From positions 65,203-129,202 of the forward strand of contig JBGSPL010000004.1 in the NCBI GenBank assembly GCA_041738615.1: 64,000 nt of DNA. Reading direction: 5' to 3'. A model generated the notes under the pieces. It worked only from the letters and a program-made list of their open reading frames with translations. It was not told the origin of the DNA and did not search any database. Positions 1-9,151 of this stretch are shown here, piece by piece. Within the stretch, counting starts at the first letter, position 1, and the number at the start of each line of letters is the position of its first letter. The position numbers and the translations under genes are program-made. This DNA comes from Patescibacteria group bacterium. GTDB lineage: Bacteria; Patescibacteriota; CPR2; UBA1875; CAIMLA01.

Positions 1-379
1 GGCTAGCTGAATCGGCAGCCGCTAGTATCTTAGCTTCTATGGTTTCTGGTTGGACATCCCTACATCGATGCGATCTCACACAATGAGCAACCGCATCTGT
101 TTTAATATCCGAGTATTGGAGATCTTTAAGAAAAGCCCTGGCCTCGGTTTCGGCCTTCTTTGCATGATCCTTATTCCTATCTCCAAATGTTTGCCCAATA
201 TCATGGAGCCAGACCGAAACCAAAACAACTTCTTTGTCAGCCTCGGGATAATCTTTCCGCAATTTATTTGCCCACTTCTCAACTGTTTCAACATGACGAG
301 GCAAATACGGATAAGCGTCTGCTTTGCCCGCCTCGAATTTATCGAGAAAGTGTTGTTTAGTCTTTTCTACGATATCCAC
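1..379 (-). CDS. HD-domain phosphohydrolase (partial, continues beyond window start); GTG start at 379
   Basis: Reverse-strand translation reads VDIVEKTKQHFLDKFEAGKADAYPYLPRHVETVEKWANKLRKDYPEADKEVVLVSVWLHDIGQTFGDRNKDHAKKAETEARAF... with H..HD metal-binding signature; 4-nt overlap with upstream gene stop. Confidence 0.6.
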   Translation of the reverse strand, partial: MDIVEKTKQHFLDKFEAGKADAYPYLPRHVETVEKWANKLRKDYPEADKEVVLVSVWLHDIGQTFGDRNKDHAKKAETEARAFLKDLQYSDIKTDAVAHCVRSHRCRDVQPETIEAKILAAADSAS

Positions 380-769
380 TTATATCACCCCAAGGTACTT
401 TAGAACTATTAAAATAACAATAAGCCCCTCGGCGACTGCGACAACTGGTAAAGCGCCTGGAATAATAGCAATATTTCTGGTTAATTCTTTAACATTGCCT
501 GTCCAGTGAGGGAACTCATCGAGCACTAGCCCTAGGCCGACACCATAAAGAATCGGGATGAGATAGTTGGCCGGGCTAACGCCTAGGCCGATTACTAGAA
601 AACTAGCAAAAACGATAAGTATGTTTCCCCAAACAAAGTGATGGGAGCGTTTGCCATTTGAAAGGACATCGAGTGGTAATATGTGCCATTTTAGTACCGC
701 AAAGCTAAGCAATCTGGCAATTACGACGGTTAGCAATATAGCAAAGAAAATTATTATTAGTTGAATCAT
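380..769 (-). CDS. small integral membrane protein (4 predicted TM helices), unknown function
   Basis: ORF 129 aa, hydrophobic helices; overlaps neighbours by 4 nt (operon with YtoQ-like/DUF/HD genes). Confidence 0.5.
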   Translation of the reverse strand: MIQLIIIFFAILLTVVIARLLSFAVLKWHILPLDVLSNGKRSHHFVWGNILIVFASFLVIGLGVSPANYLIPILYGVGLGLVLDEFPHWTGNVKELTRNIAIIPGALPVVAVAEGLIVILIVLKYLGVI

Positions 770-1224
770 ACCAAAACACTCCCAGCATAATAAAACACAT
801 AAACATGCTTATCATCTTTAGTAATTTGTTCCGTACCGCCAATCTCGTTTATACCATCGGTTGAAGCTGGATCGCAGGTGTATATAAAGCCATCTTTTTC
901 CCACTCAACCTTTTTGTACAATCTAGTTTCTTTATTATTGATTAGTGCCCCACGGAGAATATTATCGATTTCCTCCTCAGTCATATCGCCCCAGTTTCCG
1001 TAATAACTCACACCAAAGATGGGTTTATTAAGGTAGAAAACGGTTTCCATGCCGTAAAAGGTGTTTTTACCAGTGTAGTAAACGTCACGGTAGAGCCAAT
1101 CACTCTCCTTATATTCCAGTTGGGTCGAATTATTCAGTGCGGCTTTGACCCTTCCCTCATCGGAAGCATAGGTATTCGCTCTCGCCTTAATCAAGAAGGG
1201 CTCTAGTTGTTCTAACTTGTTCAT
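766..1224 (-). CDS. hypothetical protein, possibly DUF5680-like (G.E.VF....P.W.M.Y.G pattern)
   Basis: 152-aa ORF; motif FYGMETVFYLNKPIFGVSYYGNWGD; family assignment from memory only. Confidence 0.45.
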   Translation of the reverse strand: MNKLEQLEPFLIKARANTYASDEGRVKAALNNSTQLEYKESDWLYRDVYYTGKNTFYGMETVFYLNKPIFGVSYYGNWGDMTEEEIDNILRGALINNKETRLYKKVEWEKDGFIYTCDPASTDGINEIGGTEQITKDDKHVYVFYYAGSVLV

Positions 1225-1607
1225 TTCATCTCCTCAAGTATAGCAATAGCTTCTTCAATATTCTCGACGATTCGACCTGTTTTCCGCACGAATTCTATCG
1301 ACCAATCAATGCGTTCTTTTGGCCAAATAATTATTAGGTTTTCGCAAAAATCACCAGGACTTTTTGTATGGGTTGCGATAAAGTAGCCGACTTCTATCCA
1401 AGTCCCTTCACAAGGTGTTGTCCCTGTGCTGGCAATTAATATGTCAGCTTGTTTTACGGCCGAGAGATCATCGGGGTAAAAGGTTTCGGAAGATGATTGG
1501 TTGGAATGGAGTTCGGGATCAAAAAAGTCAAAATCTTTAACTTTGGAGATTTCATTCTTCCACTTATCATATTCTTTAAATTGTCCCGCTAAATATACCT
1601 GCTTCAT
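1221..1607 (-). CDS. YtoQ-like / nucleoside 2-deoxyribosyltransferase-like family protein
   Basis: N-terminus MKQVYLAGQF.. and Rossmann-like pattern typical of YtoQ/NDT-like proteins. Confidence 0.55.
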   Translation of the reverse strand: MKQVYLAGQFKEYDKWKNEISKVKDFDFFDPELHSNQSSSETFYPDDLSAVKQADILIASTGTTPCEGTWIEVGYFIATHTKSPGDFCENLIIIWPKERIDWSIEFVRKTGRIVENIEEAIAILEEMK

Positions 1608-1662
1608 GTCAGCATTATAACTTAATTTGGCCTAAATCTTAAGTTAAATGGGGTAAAACGAG

Positions 1663-1696
1663 AAGAGCCCCTCCGCCGAATGGCGAAGGGGCTCCT
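1663..1696 (-). terminator. GC-rich hairpin (gagcccctccgcc/ggcgaaggggctc) at left boundary of high-GC segment; probable terminator of minus-strand island operon
   Basis: 13-bp stem with one mismatch, followed on minus strand by U-containing tract. Confidence 0.45.
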
Positions 1697-1739
1697 TGGT
1701 AGTTCCTCGTGGAACTGTGGTACAAGCAGCTGCGTGCTA

Positions 1740-2006
1740 CTAGACGGTCGCGTCCTGCGACTTGTGTTGGTTGCCTCTGCTCTGCCACCACTCCTTCAGA
1801 TGATCCTCTACCCAACCAGCGCCCATAAGAAGCGCGCCGCAGGCGAAGATGAGGACCGTACCGAGTGCCGGGACCAGAAAGAAGGTCGTGACGTCGGGGG
1901 CGGTCTGGAGCTGGAGCCGAACCATCAGGAACTCGAGGAAGAAGAGTCCGGCGTAGACTTCGCCCACGACCCTAGCGTTCCCCCAGGTGCTGCGGATGAA
2001 TTTCAT
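1740..2006 (-). CDS. small 2-TM membrane protein (island gene C), unknown function
   Basis: 88-aa ORF with strongly GC3-rich codons and SD aaggaggcgg upstream; inside high-GC segment. Confidence 0.45.
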   Translation of the reverse strand: MKFIRSTWGNARVVGEVYAGLFFLEFLMVRLQLQTAPDVTTFFLVPALGTVLIFACGALLMGAGWVEDHLKEWWQSRGNQHKSQDATV

Positions 2007-2043
2007 GATCTTCCGCCTCCTTGGCGAGAGTGGCGTGCCTGCT

Positions 2044-2430
2044 CTAGTTGTCCTCCTGATGAATGACGCGCAGGGCGACTTCGCAGACGGGTTTCAAGTC
2101 GCTGTCCAACTCGATGTTGGCCTCGATGAAGCCACCGAGACCAGTAGTGGTCTCTGAGCTGGCGAAGGTGTGGGCCTTCTCGTCGTAGGTGAACACCCGG
2201 ACGAAGAAGTGCGGCAAGACGATGTGATCGGCCCCTTCGGCCATGCCGATATAGGTGACCTTGGTCTCCGCGACGAGCACAACGCCTTCGCCGTAGCAGA
2301 CCTGACCGTCAACCGCTAGCGTGCCTCCTACCACTTTATTGATGGCGAACGTGATGGCGGCCTTGATCTCCTTCTCCTTCTCAGAGTAGTCGTCGCCCTC
2401 GTGGACGACCATTTCCTGGAGCCGCTTCAT
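2044..2430 (-). CDS. hypothetical cytoplasmic protein (island gene B)
   Basis: 128-aa GC3-rich ORF, tightly spaced between genes A and C. Confidence 0.45.
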   Translation of the reverse strand: MKRLQEMVVHEGDDYSEKEKEIKAAITFAINKVVGGTLAVDGQVCYGEGVVLVAETKVTYIGMAEGADHIVLPHFFVRVFTYDEKAHTFASSETTTGLGGFIEANIELDSDLKPVCEVALRVIHQEDN

Positions 2431-2456
2431 GGTGTTGCCTCCTTGGCGAATCGTAA

Positions 2457-3026
2457 TCAGCAGGCGAATTCGGATACCGTGACCTTGATGTTGAAAAGAA
2501 CCTCGCAGTCCATGCCTTCGTCGATCTTCTTGATGTCGGTGATGATTGCCGTGTAGGCCTGAAACCCGCAGAAGTTGACCATGAACCCGATGAATACCGG
2601 CTCAGCCGTACCGCGCTTGGCGCGGACTTCAGGGGTCCAAATCTCAGTGCACACGATCTCGAGATGGCCCTCATGAGCGTACAGCTCACGCAGGCTCTCG
2701 GTGTCGAGCAGGTAATCCAATACCTTCTCTTTCATGTAGCGACTGATGTGACAGGTCTTCAATGGCTCCAGCTGGAACTCGAAGTCGAGGCTTCCACGCT
2801 CCTGCTGATACTGATCCTGGATCAGCTCAACCTCCGGTCGGGGCTTGCGGAGTCGTTCGATCAGCGCCCCAAGGACTCGCTTGATCTCGTCGCCTTGTTC
2901 GTTGACGTTCTGGGCTTCTCCTTCTTCGAGTCTTGCGCCATCGTAGACCGCGTCCACAACCTTGCCGAACTGGAGACCTTTCGGGTCTCGAGACGTGATC
3001 AATGCCGCATCGGGCATCGTCATCAT
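2457..3026 (-). CDS. hypothetical cytoplasmic protein (island gene A)
   Basis: 189-aa GC3-rich ORF; no recognisable domain by eye. Confidence 0.45.
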   Translation of the reverse strand: MMTMPDAALITSRDPKGLQFGKVVDAVYDGARLEEGEAQNVNEQGDEIKRVLGALIERLRKPRPEVELIQDQYQQERGSLDFEFQLEPLKTCHISRYMKEKVLDYLLDTESLRELYAHEGHLEIVCTEIWTPEVRAKRGTAEPVFIGFMVNFCGFQAYTAIITDIKKIDEGMDCEVLFNIKVTVSEFAC

Positions 3027-3261
3027 CTCCTTTCAGCTCTAATCCTGCTTTTTGAATGCAGAATTCGTGCTCCCCAATGGAGCACTATGTCCCTACGGGA
3101 CAGTAACCAAGTTACATGTATGCAAACTGATTACTGCCTCGAAGGATTTTGAAGGTACAATAACAAGCTACTATACCACGAAGAATGCCTATTTGTCAAC
3201 CGTTTCGTGGCTACTCTGGGCGGTTCGAGTCCCACGCGGTTGCAACAAAAAAACACGGATT

Positions 3262-3298
3262 CTTGCGAAAACGTGTTATTTTTTGTGCGTGACTTCAG
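3262..3298. terminator. intrinsic terminator hairpin (aacacg...cgtgtt flanked by A/T runs) downstream of tRNA-Asp
   Basis: aaaaaaacacggattcttgcgaaaacgtgttatttttt. Confidence 0.6.
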
Positions 3299-3327
3299 GC
3301 ATTCCGGTCACACAGAACGAACAAATT

Positions 3328-3405
3328 TGGCGATCCAGATGGGACTCGAACCCACGACCTCCGCCGTGACAGGGCGGCGCTCTAACCAGCTGAGCTACTG
3401 GACCG
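3328..3405 (-). tRNA. tRNA-Asp (anticodon GTC)
   Basis: Reverse complement folds as cloverleaf: acceptor CGGTCCA/TGGATCG, anticodon loop cCTGTCAc, T-loop GGGTTCGAGTCCC, 3' CCA encoded. Confidence 0.9.
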
Positions 3406-3624
3406 TGTGAGCAAAGCGGCTGCTTTGCGAACATTCTTTGGTATATTTCGATGAAGGCAGATGCGCTGTCACCGCTATATATCGGAGTAATTATAGCGTA
3501 TTTTGCCGACTATTTCAAGAGTAATGAAAAACTATTTCCAACCATATATTAAGAATAAAACATTGTAAAAAGCGAGAAAAGGTGGTATCATACTGTTTCG
3601 TGTCCATCCAGGGGAAGGAATCAT

Positions 3625-3996
3625 ATGTGTCGAGGTCTGCGGATTCACAGCCACACGGCTGAAGGCATCACGGTCCTTGAGGTTCGCCTCGAAGGTCTCT
3701 GCGACGGAAACATGGTCTACGACCTTGTCATGTTGCGCGATCGTCTGCTCAACCAAGAGGATGCCGATGTCATCATTGACGCCAGCAATGCGTTGGTGAT
3801 GCCGGGTGCGCCCGAAGGCGTGCTTATCTCTCTCGGGAGAGAGCTCGCGCAGCGAGGCAAGATGCTTCACTACGTAGTGGGGAACGACAACCGGCCCAGC
3901 ATGGCTGATCTGACTACGAAGTATCGGGGCATTTCGTTCCACAAGACCCTGACTTCGGCGTTGGAATCGGCCGGAGCGGTCACGGTCGCGGCATAG
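3625..3996 (+). CDS. STAS-domain protein (anti-sigma-factor antagonist-like)
   Basis: 123 aa; VLEVRLEGLCDG...VIIDASNALVM...FHKTLTSALES pattern typical of SpoIIAA-like STAS; GC-rich; SD ggggaagg upstream. Confidence 0.55.
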   Translation: MCRGLRIHSHTAEGITVLEVRLEGLCDGNMVYDLVMLRDRLLNQEDADVIIDASNALVMPGAPEGVLISLGRELAQRGKMLHYVVGNDNRPSMADLTTKYRGISFHKTLTSALESAGAVTVAA

Positions 3997-4136
3997 CTGC
4001 GAAGACGGGGCACCTGCGCATAGCAGGTGCCCTGCGTCCATTTATGATACAAACGTTAATTATATAGCTGACAATATCGTTTTTTCGTGGTAGAATGGCT
4101 TCGACATGCACTTTCCGACGCCTATAGGAGGCAACC

Positions 4137-4847
4137 ATGGAAGGGCCATTTGCACCTGAAATCATGCCTCCGTTTATGCGAGGCGAAGATGTGCGGAAGA
4201 GCACGCAGTTCTACTGGCGACTTGGCAGGATCGTCGACATCATCTCGTCGGCAGCCTTCAAGTTTGCCATCGATGGGCTCGAGAATCTGCCCGACGACAC
4301 TGGAAGTGTGTTGGCGCCGAATCACGACAACGCGTTCGACCCAATCCTAGCTTCGCTATTGCACTGTTCCTGGTGCCTGCCGATCCACTGGCTGGCGAAG
4401 ATCGAGCTCTTCGGTGAGCTGCGTTTTGAGGTTGGTAATCGTCTCATCGTGATTCCCCCCGGGAAGATGACCAAGTTCATGTACGCTGTGCGCTGTATTC
4501 CGATCACTCGCGAGAAGCCAGAGCTCCAGTCCTTCAAATCCGTGAAGGCCATACTGGGGAATGGTGGAGTCGTTGGTATCTTTCCCGAGGGGACGCGGAA
4601 CAAGGACGGCAAGAAGGAGACTACGAGCGATCTGAAGGGCGGCGCGATCAAGTTCGCCCAGATGGCGGGCGTACCCGTGGTACCGCTCTTGATGAAATCG
4701 ACGATGCCGTCACTCTGGCCGCTGCGCCGAGGGACATTCGTCATCAAGTACGGCATACCGTTCCTCCCGACTCGTGATCAAACGATCGAGGAGCAGCTCG
4801 AGATGCTACGCCAGTCCATGGCCTCACTCGGCTGCTTCGACTACTAG
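4137..4847 (+). CDS. 1-acyl-sn-glycerol-3-phosphate acyltransferase family (PlsC/LPLAT)
   Basis: H(X4)D motif APNHDNAFDP and FPEGTR motif; GC-rich codons. Confidence 0.8.
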   Translation: MEGPFAPEIMPPFMRGEDVRKSTQFYWRLGRIVDIISSAAFKFAIDGLENLPDDTGSVLAPNHDNAFDPILASLLHCSWCLPIHWLAKIELFGELRFEVGNRLIVIPPGKMTKFMYAVRCIPITREKPELQSFKSVKAILGNGGVVGIFPEGTRNKDGKKETTSDLKGGAIKFAQMAGVPVVPLLMKSTMPSLWPLRRGTFVIKYGIPFLPTRDQTIEEQLEMLRQSMASLGCFDY

Positions 4848-4983
4848 GCCACCAAGGAAAGGATGCTCGATGAAAGAGCCACCCGATCCGCGGTGGCTCT
4901 TTCTGTACCCAACTTTATCTATAAATGAAGCAGCCCCCATCGCAATATTGCGATGGGGGCTGCGCGTTTCGTGTGGTCCCTTA

Positions 4984-5799
4984 CTAAGGGACTGTCGTGG
5001 AAGTCGACGCAGACCAGTGTGCTTGGTACTTTACCGGAATCTGGTAGTCCGCGTCCTCGTAGTCGACTTGGATATGGAAGTCCGCCTCGCTAGCTTTCGC
5101 GGCCTCGTTGTTGTAGATCTCAGCGTTCAGGTCCCGATCTACCGCGAGGGCGTGAATCTTGTCCCAGGTGAGCTTTCGTTGCTCGGCGACTAGGGTAGCC
5201 GACAGGGCGCCGTCGTACGATGTGGCCACGTCTAGGACGGCGATTTCTTCATCGATGTCTCGTACTTTGCGGTGCATTTCGTGGAACCAGAGTGCTTCCT
5301 TCTCGAGAGCGGGGACGTAGATGTCGGTGAACGTCGTCGTCTCTAGCTCATCCATTCCAAAGAACTTGTCTATAGTCCTGAAGCGCTCTTTCGAGACCTC
5401 GATACGGGGGTTGCGTTCATTCTTGACGTAATACACAGTAGGGGAGCCAGTGACTTCGGTCGACTCCCCTCGCACGTAGATCGTGGCCGTCCTCGGCTGG
5501 CCCTCAGTACTGCGAGACACTACGTAGTAGGGCTTCCCTGGGATACGGTCGAGAGAAGCTGTTTCTTTGACCTGTGGGACTGTGAAGAGCACGCTAAGAC
5601 CCGCTACGCCAAAGACGATGATCAGTAGGACGGCGATGCCCAGGGAGAACGCAAAGGCACTGCTAGCCCTGACCTTCTTCGGCCAGTCCCGGTCGTTGCG
5701 AAGTCTTCGGTAGATCAAGGGGGCTCCTACGGCTGTGATGAGGAGCCAAACCAAGAACGTCAGTGACAGAGCAGTGATATGGATGCCGAGAATGTACAC
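4984..5799 (-). CDS. membrane-anchored hypothetical protein (2 N-terminal TM helices plus extracytoplasmic domain)
   Basis: 271-aa GC-rich ORF; right end of high-GC segment. Confidence 0.45.
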   Translation of the reverse strand: MYILGIHITALSLTFLVWLLITAVGAPLIYRRLRNDRDWPKKVRASSAFAFSLGIAVLLIIVFGVAGLSVLFTVPQVKETASLDRIPGKPYYVVSRSTEGQPRTATIYVRGESTEVTGSPTVYYVKNERNPRIEVSKERFRTIDKFFGMDELETTTFTDIYVPALEKEALWFHEMHRKVRDIDEEIAVLDVATSYDGALSATLVAEQRKLTWDKIHALAVDRDLNAEIYNNEAAKASEADFHIQVDYEDADYQIPVKYQAHWSASTSTTVP

Positions 5800-5914
5800 G
5801 GTGTGTCCTTCCGTCGATGGATTTTGGAAACGCGCACCAGCATTTTACTATGAGAGAGCGTTTCTGTCCATATATTCAATCTATAATTAAATTCAAATCC
5901 ACTAAAGATTAAAG

Positions 5915-7882
5915 TTAGTTCAGATAGTCCTTGAATAGGTTTCTCTTAATAAGTGTACTTACCGCCTTGTCGATTTCGGCCCTCTTGGTCAGTAGTGTGT
6001 TGCATTCTGCGATTTCGAGTTCCGTTCGCTTCTTGTCGACGTATTTGCTGCAAGAAAGAGAGGTGTTGTTGTTTAGATAGCGAAGGTTTTCCGAGTAGAT
6101 TTGCTCGTAGTTATCATCAAAAGTATTGGTGTAGAAGAAGGGGGGTTCGCTGCCAAAGAGATCCCGGCCAAACATCGGGGAGGTCGGCTTGGCTCCAACC
6201 AGGTTGAGGATAGTGGGCATAATGTCGAGGTGCGAACTAGGGCTATTAATCCTCTTACCAGTCGTCTGGGCAGGAAGCTTAATGACTAGCGGTACTCGTT
6301 TTCCGGCGAGAGAATCTGGCTCTATCCTCGTTGTATCTGTATCGAAGCCGTCAAAATGGGCAGTATGATCGCCGTATAGCACGATTAGTGAATCGTTGTA
6401 GAGGCCGTCTGCCTTTAGCTTCTCAAAAAACTTTCCGAGGCTGGCATCGGTATAGTGGACTGCCTGTAGATAGTCATGGGTAAGGCTCGTGTATTTGTCG
6501 CGATTTAAAGTGAGAGTTTGATACTCCTTTGCCATCTCGAAGGAGAAATGGCTAGACAACGTAATTAGGTAACTCAGAGTGGTAGTAGGAGTAGCTTTTA
6601 TGTAATCGGCTGACTGGAAGAGGAAGTCTTCGTCCGAGAGTCCCATATTGACCGTTTTACCTGGCTTGTAATTGTCGGAGGCCATGAATCTATCGAACCC
6701 AAGCGACTTGTACATCGTGTTTCGGTTCCAGTACCCACGGCTGTTTGCGTGATATGCTTCGGTGTTGTATCCGCTCTTCTTGAGCTCCTTTTCTAAACTG
6801 GTAAAGCTATCCTTGGCGTACTTTACAAAGACAGAAGAGTCGGCGAGTGGGTAGAGAGAGGTATTTACCGAGAAATCAGCATCGGAGGTGCCGCCGGCGC
6901 CGAGTGTAAAGTAGTTGTTGGTAAAATAGTTTGAACCGGAAATTAGTTTGTTGATGTTCGGTGTGATTTCTTGTTTTTCGACCGACGCACCAATATTGAA
7001 ATCATTCAGAGACTCTACTTGGACCATAATGACACGCTTACCAGCAGCTATTCCGGTGGTTTTATTGGGTGCCAGCTTGGTTGTATTGGCTTTTAGCGTC
7101 GCGATGGTTTCTTCTTTGTCTAGAGGGCTGAGGTTGGTAAATGCCACTACAAAATTACGTGAGAAATCGAGAAGATGAGTGCTGATAACGCCGATATTCT
7201 TGGCCACCACCTTGTTCTCCGAGGTCTGGTTATAGAAAAAGGGCAGCTTGGTCGCAAGGTCGCTATAGAAGATGGCAAGGATCGTTGCGATAGGGAGCAC
7301 AGCTACAGCGAACCTTGCCTTTTTGCTGAGGCGACTCACTGGTATCACAGGGAAATCGATGCGTTTACGACGACGCCTGTGGATCCATATAAAGATGATA
7401 TCTAGTATCAGGATAATGTCGGAGTAGGACACTAGCTTGCTTATCCATGACGGCAAATCGGCAATTAGCTGCCCTCCCGTCCCGAGCATGCTCATCACAG
7501 GCAGGGTACCAAAGAAGCGGATGTAGTAGCTATCTCCGAGAAGAACTAGTGTGAGTACGATATCCATAACGAAAAGGTAAGTGGCTCGGCGCCCTCGGAT
7601 AAAGAGCTCAGGAATGGCTATGACCCAAGCAACCACCAGACTATATGCGAGGAATGGAACGAGGTTTTCCGCGTTGGGCCACAGATCGTTCGTGGCGCTA
7701 AAAATCACCAGTTTCACAAAGAAAATGAGGGCAAAAGTAATGACGATACGCTCTCTCACGTACCTGGATTCGTCCACGACTGTTGTTTTGTGGGGAGACC
7801 AGAATTTATGGAGCTCCCTGGGAATCGATTTTATATATTTACTTAATTTCATCCCAACTATAGTAACAAATTTTACGGACAA
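5915..7882 (-). CDS. LTA synthase family protein (LtaS-like sulfatase/phosphoglycerol transferase); start uncertain (TTG at 7882 or ATG at 7852)
   Basis: N-terminal multi-TM region followed by sulfatase-like domain with YGDHTAHF and GGTSDADF motifs. Confidence 0.75.
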   Translation of the reverse strand: MSVKFVTIVGMKLSKYIKSIPRELHKFWSPHKTTVVDESRYVRERIVITFALIFFVKLVIFSATNDLWPNAENLVPFLAYSLVVAWVIAIPELFIRGRRATYLFVMDIVLTLVLLGDSYYIRFFGTLPVMSMLGTGGQLIADLPSWISKLVSYSDIILILDIIFIWIHRRRRKRIDFPVIPVSRLSKKARFAVAVLPIATILAIFYSDLATKLPFFYNQTSENKVVAKNIGVISTHLLDFSRNFVVAFTNLSPLDKEETIATLKANTTKLAPNKTTGIAAGKRVIMVQVESLNDFNIGASVEKQEITPNINKLISGSNYFTNNYFTLGAGGTSDADFSVNTSLYPLADSSVFVKYAKDSFTSLEKELKKSGYNTEAYHANSRGYWNRNTMYKSLGFDRFMASDNYKPGKTVNMGLSDEDFLFQSADYIKATPTTTLSYLITLSSHFSFEMAKEYQTLTLNRDKYTSLTHDYLQAVHYTDASLGKFFEKLKADGLYNDSLIVLYGDHTAHFDGFDTDTTRIEPDSLAGKRVPLVIKLPAQTTGKRINSPSSHLDIMPTILNLVGAKPTSPMFGRDLFGSEPPFFYTNTFDDNYEQIYSENLRYLNNNTSLSCSKYVDKKRTELEIAECNTLLTKRAEIDKAVSTLIKRNLFKDYLN

Positions 7883-7927
7883 TGGTTAGGTTGCCGTGAT
7901 GCGCAAATATTCTGGTATAATCGTTCT

Positions 7928-9091
7928 ATGAAAAGACTACGAGTCGTAACACCACTGATATTTCTCTTCGCAGTCGCTACTGGCTACTTTTTGTATCTTA
8001 CTTTCAGCGGGCACATCACACCGAACCCAGTATCGGACGCGGTAGTTGCTAGCGTACGTCCCTACCCAACACTGACAAGTCCAAAGAATGTAACCTTGAA
8101 TTGCGATTATCATGGCGAAAATGTTGCAGTGACCGAAACTCTCTACGGCAGTCTCGCGGACTACTATCGCAATAATCCAGCCAAATACAGTGCCTTCTAT
8201 CACAACCAGAACGAGAAATACGTTTTTAGCTACAAACAAGACCCCACTATCTCTGACCTCACCAGCAAGATTAAGAAAATAGGGGTAGATAAAGGGCTGG
8301 ACAGGGATCGAACGCTCGATTTGGCAACGTGTTTACTGCAGAGTATCCCATATGATAATGAAAAGGCAGCACGAATTCTGAGCCCTGACTATTACAAACT
8401 AGCGGCCAATCAGTTAGTGCCACGCTACCCGTACGAGACTCTCTATGAAGGTAAGGGGATCTGTACCGATAAGTCGTTTCTAGGAGCGGCAGTATTTCTG
8501 GAGCTTGGATACGGGACATCGCTGCTCACTTTTGACAGCCAGCGCCATATGTCTATCGGGGTCTCGGTTCCCGACGGGATGGGTGACTTTGGGACGGATT
8601 ATGGCATAGTGGAGCTTACCGGTAGTAATTTCCTAGTAGGAGATATCCCTGAGATTAGTGGCAATGCTGGCCTTGCAGTGGGCGGAGTCCAGACTATACC
8701 GAACGTGACAACGGATAGTACTGTCGCTGCGGAAAATAGAACGGTCCTCTCGGCGCTTAGTGCTACAATTCCAATTTCCTCTGGCGCTATCTATAGCCGT
8801 ATAAGTGCAAGGATGGCTCTAAAAAACGAGATATCTACGCTTCAACCCCAGCTCGCGAGCAGCAGGAGTAGCTATTTAAATCTAAAAGCCGCCCTCACGG
8901 CCTCAGAGGAGGAGCTTCAAAAAACTGAGTCTAGCTACAAGCAGAGTCCGACAAGCGCGAGCTATTCTCGCTATACGACATCGTATAATTCGTACCTTAG
9001 CGCCTATAATGCCGCAACCACTGCCGTTGATGAATACAACTCACTCGTAAACAAATACAACGAGCTAGTGGCTAAGTACAAGGAATTTTAG
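7928..9091 (+). CDS. membrane-anchored protein with transglutaminase-like (Cys-His-Asp) core and low-complexity S/T/Y-rich coiled C-terminus
   Basis: GKGICTDKSFLGAAVFLELGYGTSLL...QRHMSIG resembles transglutaminase-like cysteine protease fold; assignment tentative. Confidence 0.4.
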   Translation: MKRLRVVTPLIFLFAVATGYFLYLTFSGHITPNPVSDAVVASVRPYPTLTSPKNVTLNCDYHGENVAVTETLYGSLADYYRNNPAKYSAFYHNQNEKYVFSYKQDPTISDLTSKIKKIGVDKGLDRDRTLDLATCLLQSIPYDNEKAARILSPDYYKLAANQLVPRYPYETLYEGKGICTDKSFLGAAVFLELGYGTSLLTFDSQRHMSIGVSVPDGMGDFGTDYGIVELTGSNFLVGDIPEISGNAGLAVGGVQTIPNVTTDSTVAAENRTVLSALSATIPISSGAIYSRISARMALKNEISTLQPQLASSRSSYLNLKAALTASEEELQKTESSYKQSPTSASYSRYTTSYNSYLSAYNAATTAVDEYNSLVNKYNELVAKYKEF

Positions 9092-9151
9092 TTGAGAGAA
9101 TGGCTGATTTCTGTTAAAATAGGCGTTGTTTCCAGCTAATTTCTGGGAATT

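Noticed and set aside
50-403. 117-aa plus-strand ORF
   Set aside because: It is antisense to the HD-domain gene, which has a clear WLHDIG motif; it has no features of its own.
1680-2066. 128-aa plus-strand ORF at the left island boundary
   Set aside because: Its Pro/Gly/Arg-rich translation is typical of an antisense frame in GC-rich DNA. It overlaps the GC3-consistent minus-strand 2-TM gene and includes the boundary terminator hairpin.
3532-4041. 169-aa minus-strand ORF overlapping the STAS gene
   Set aside because: It is antisense to a recognisable STAS-domain ORF in a GC-rich segment where long spurious ORFs are expected; it has no SD or domain signature.
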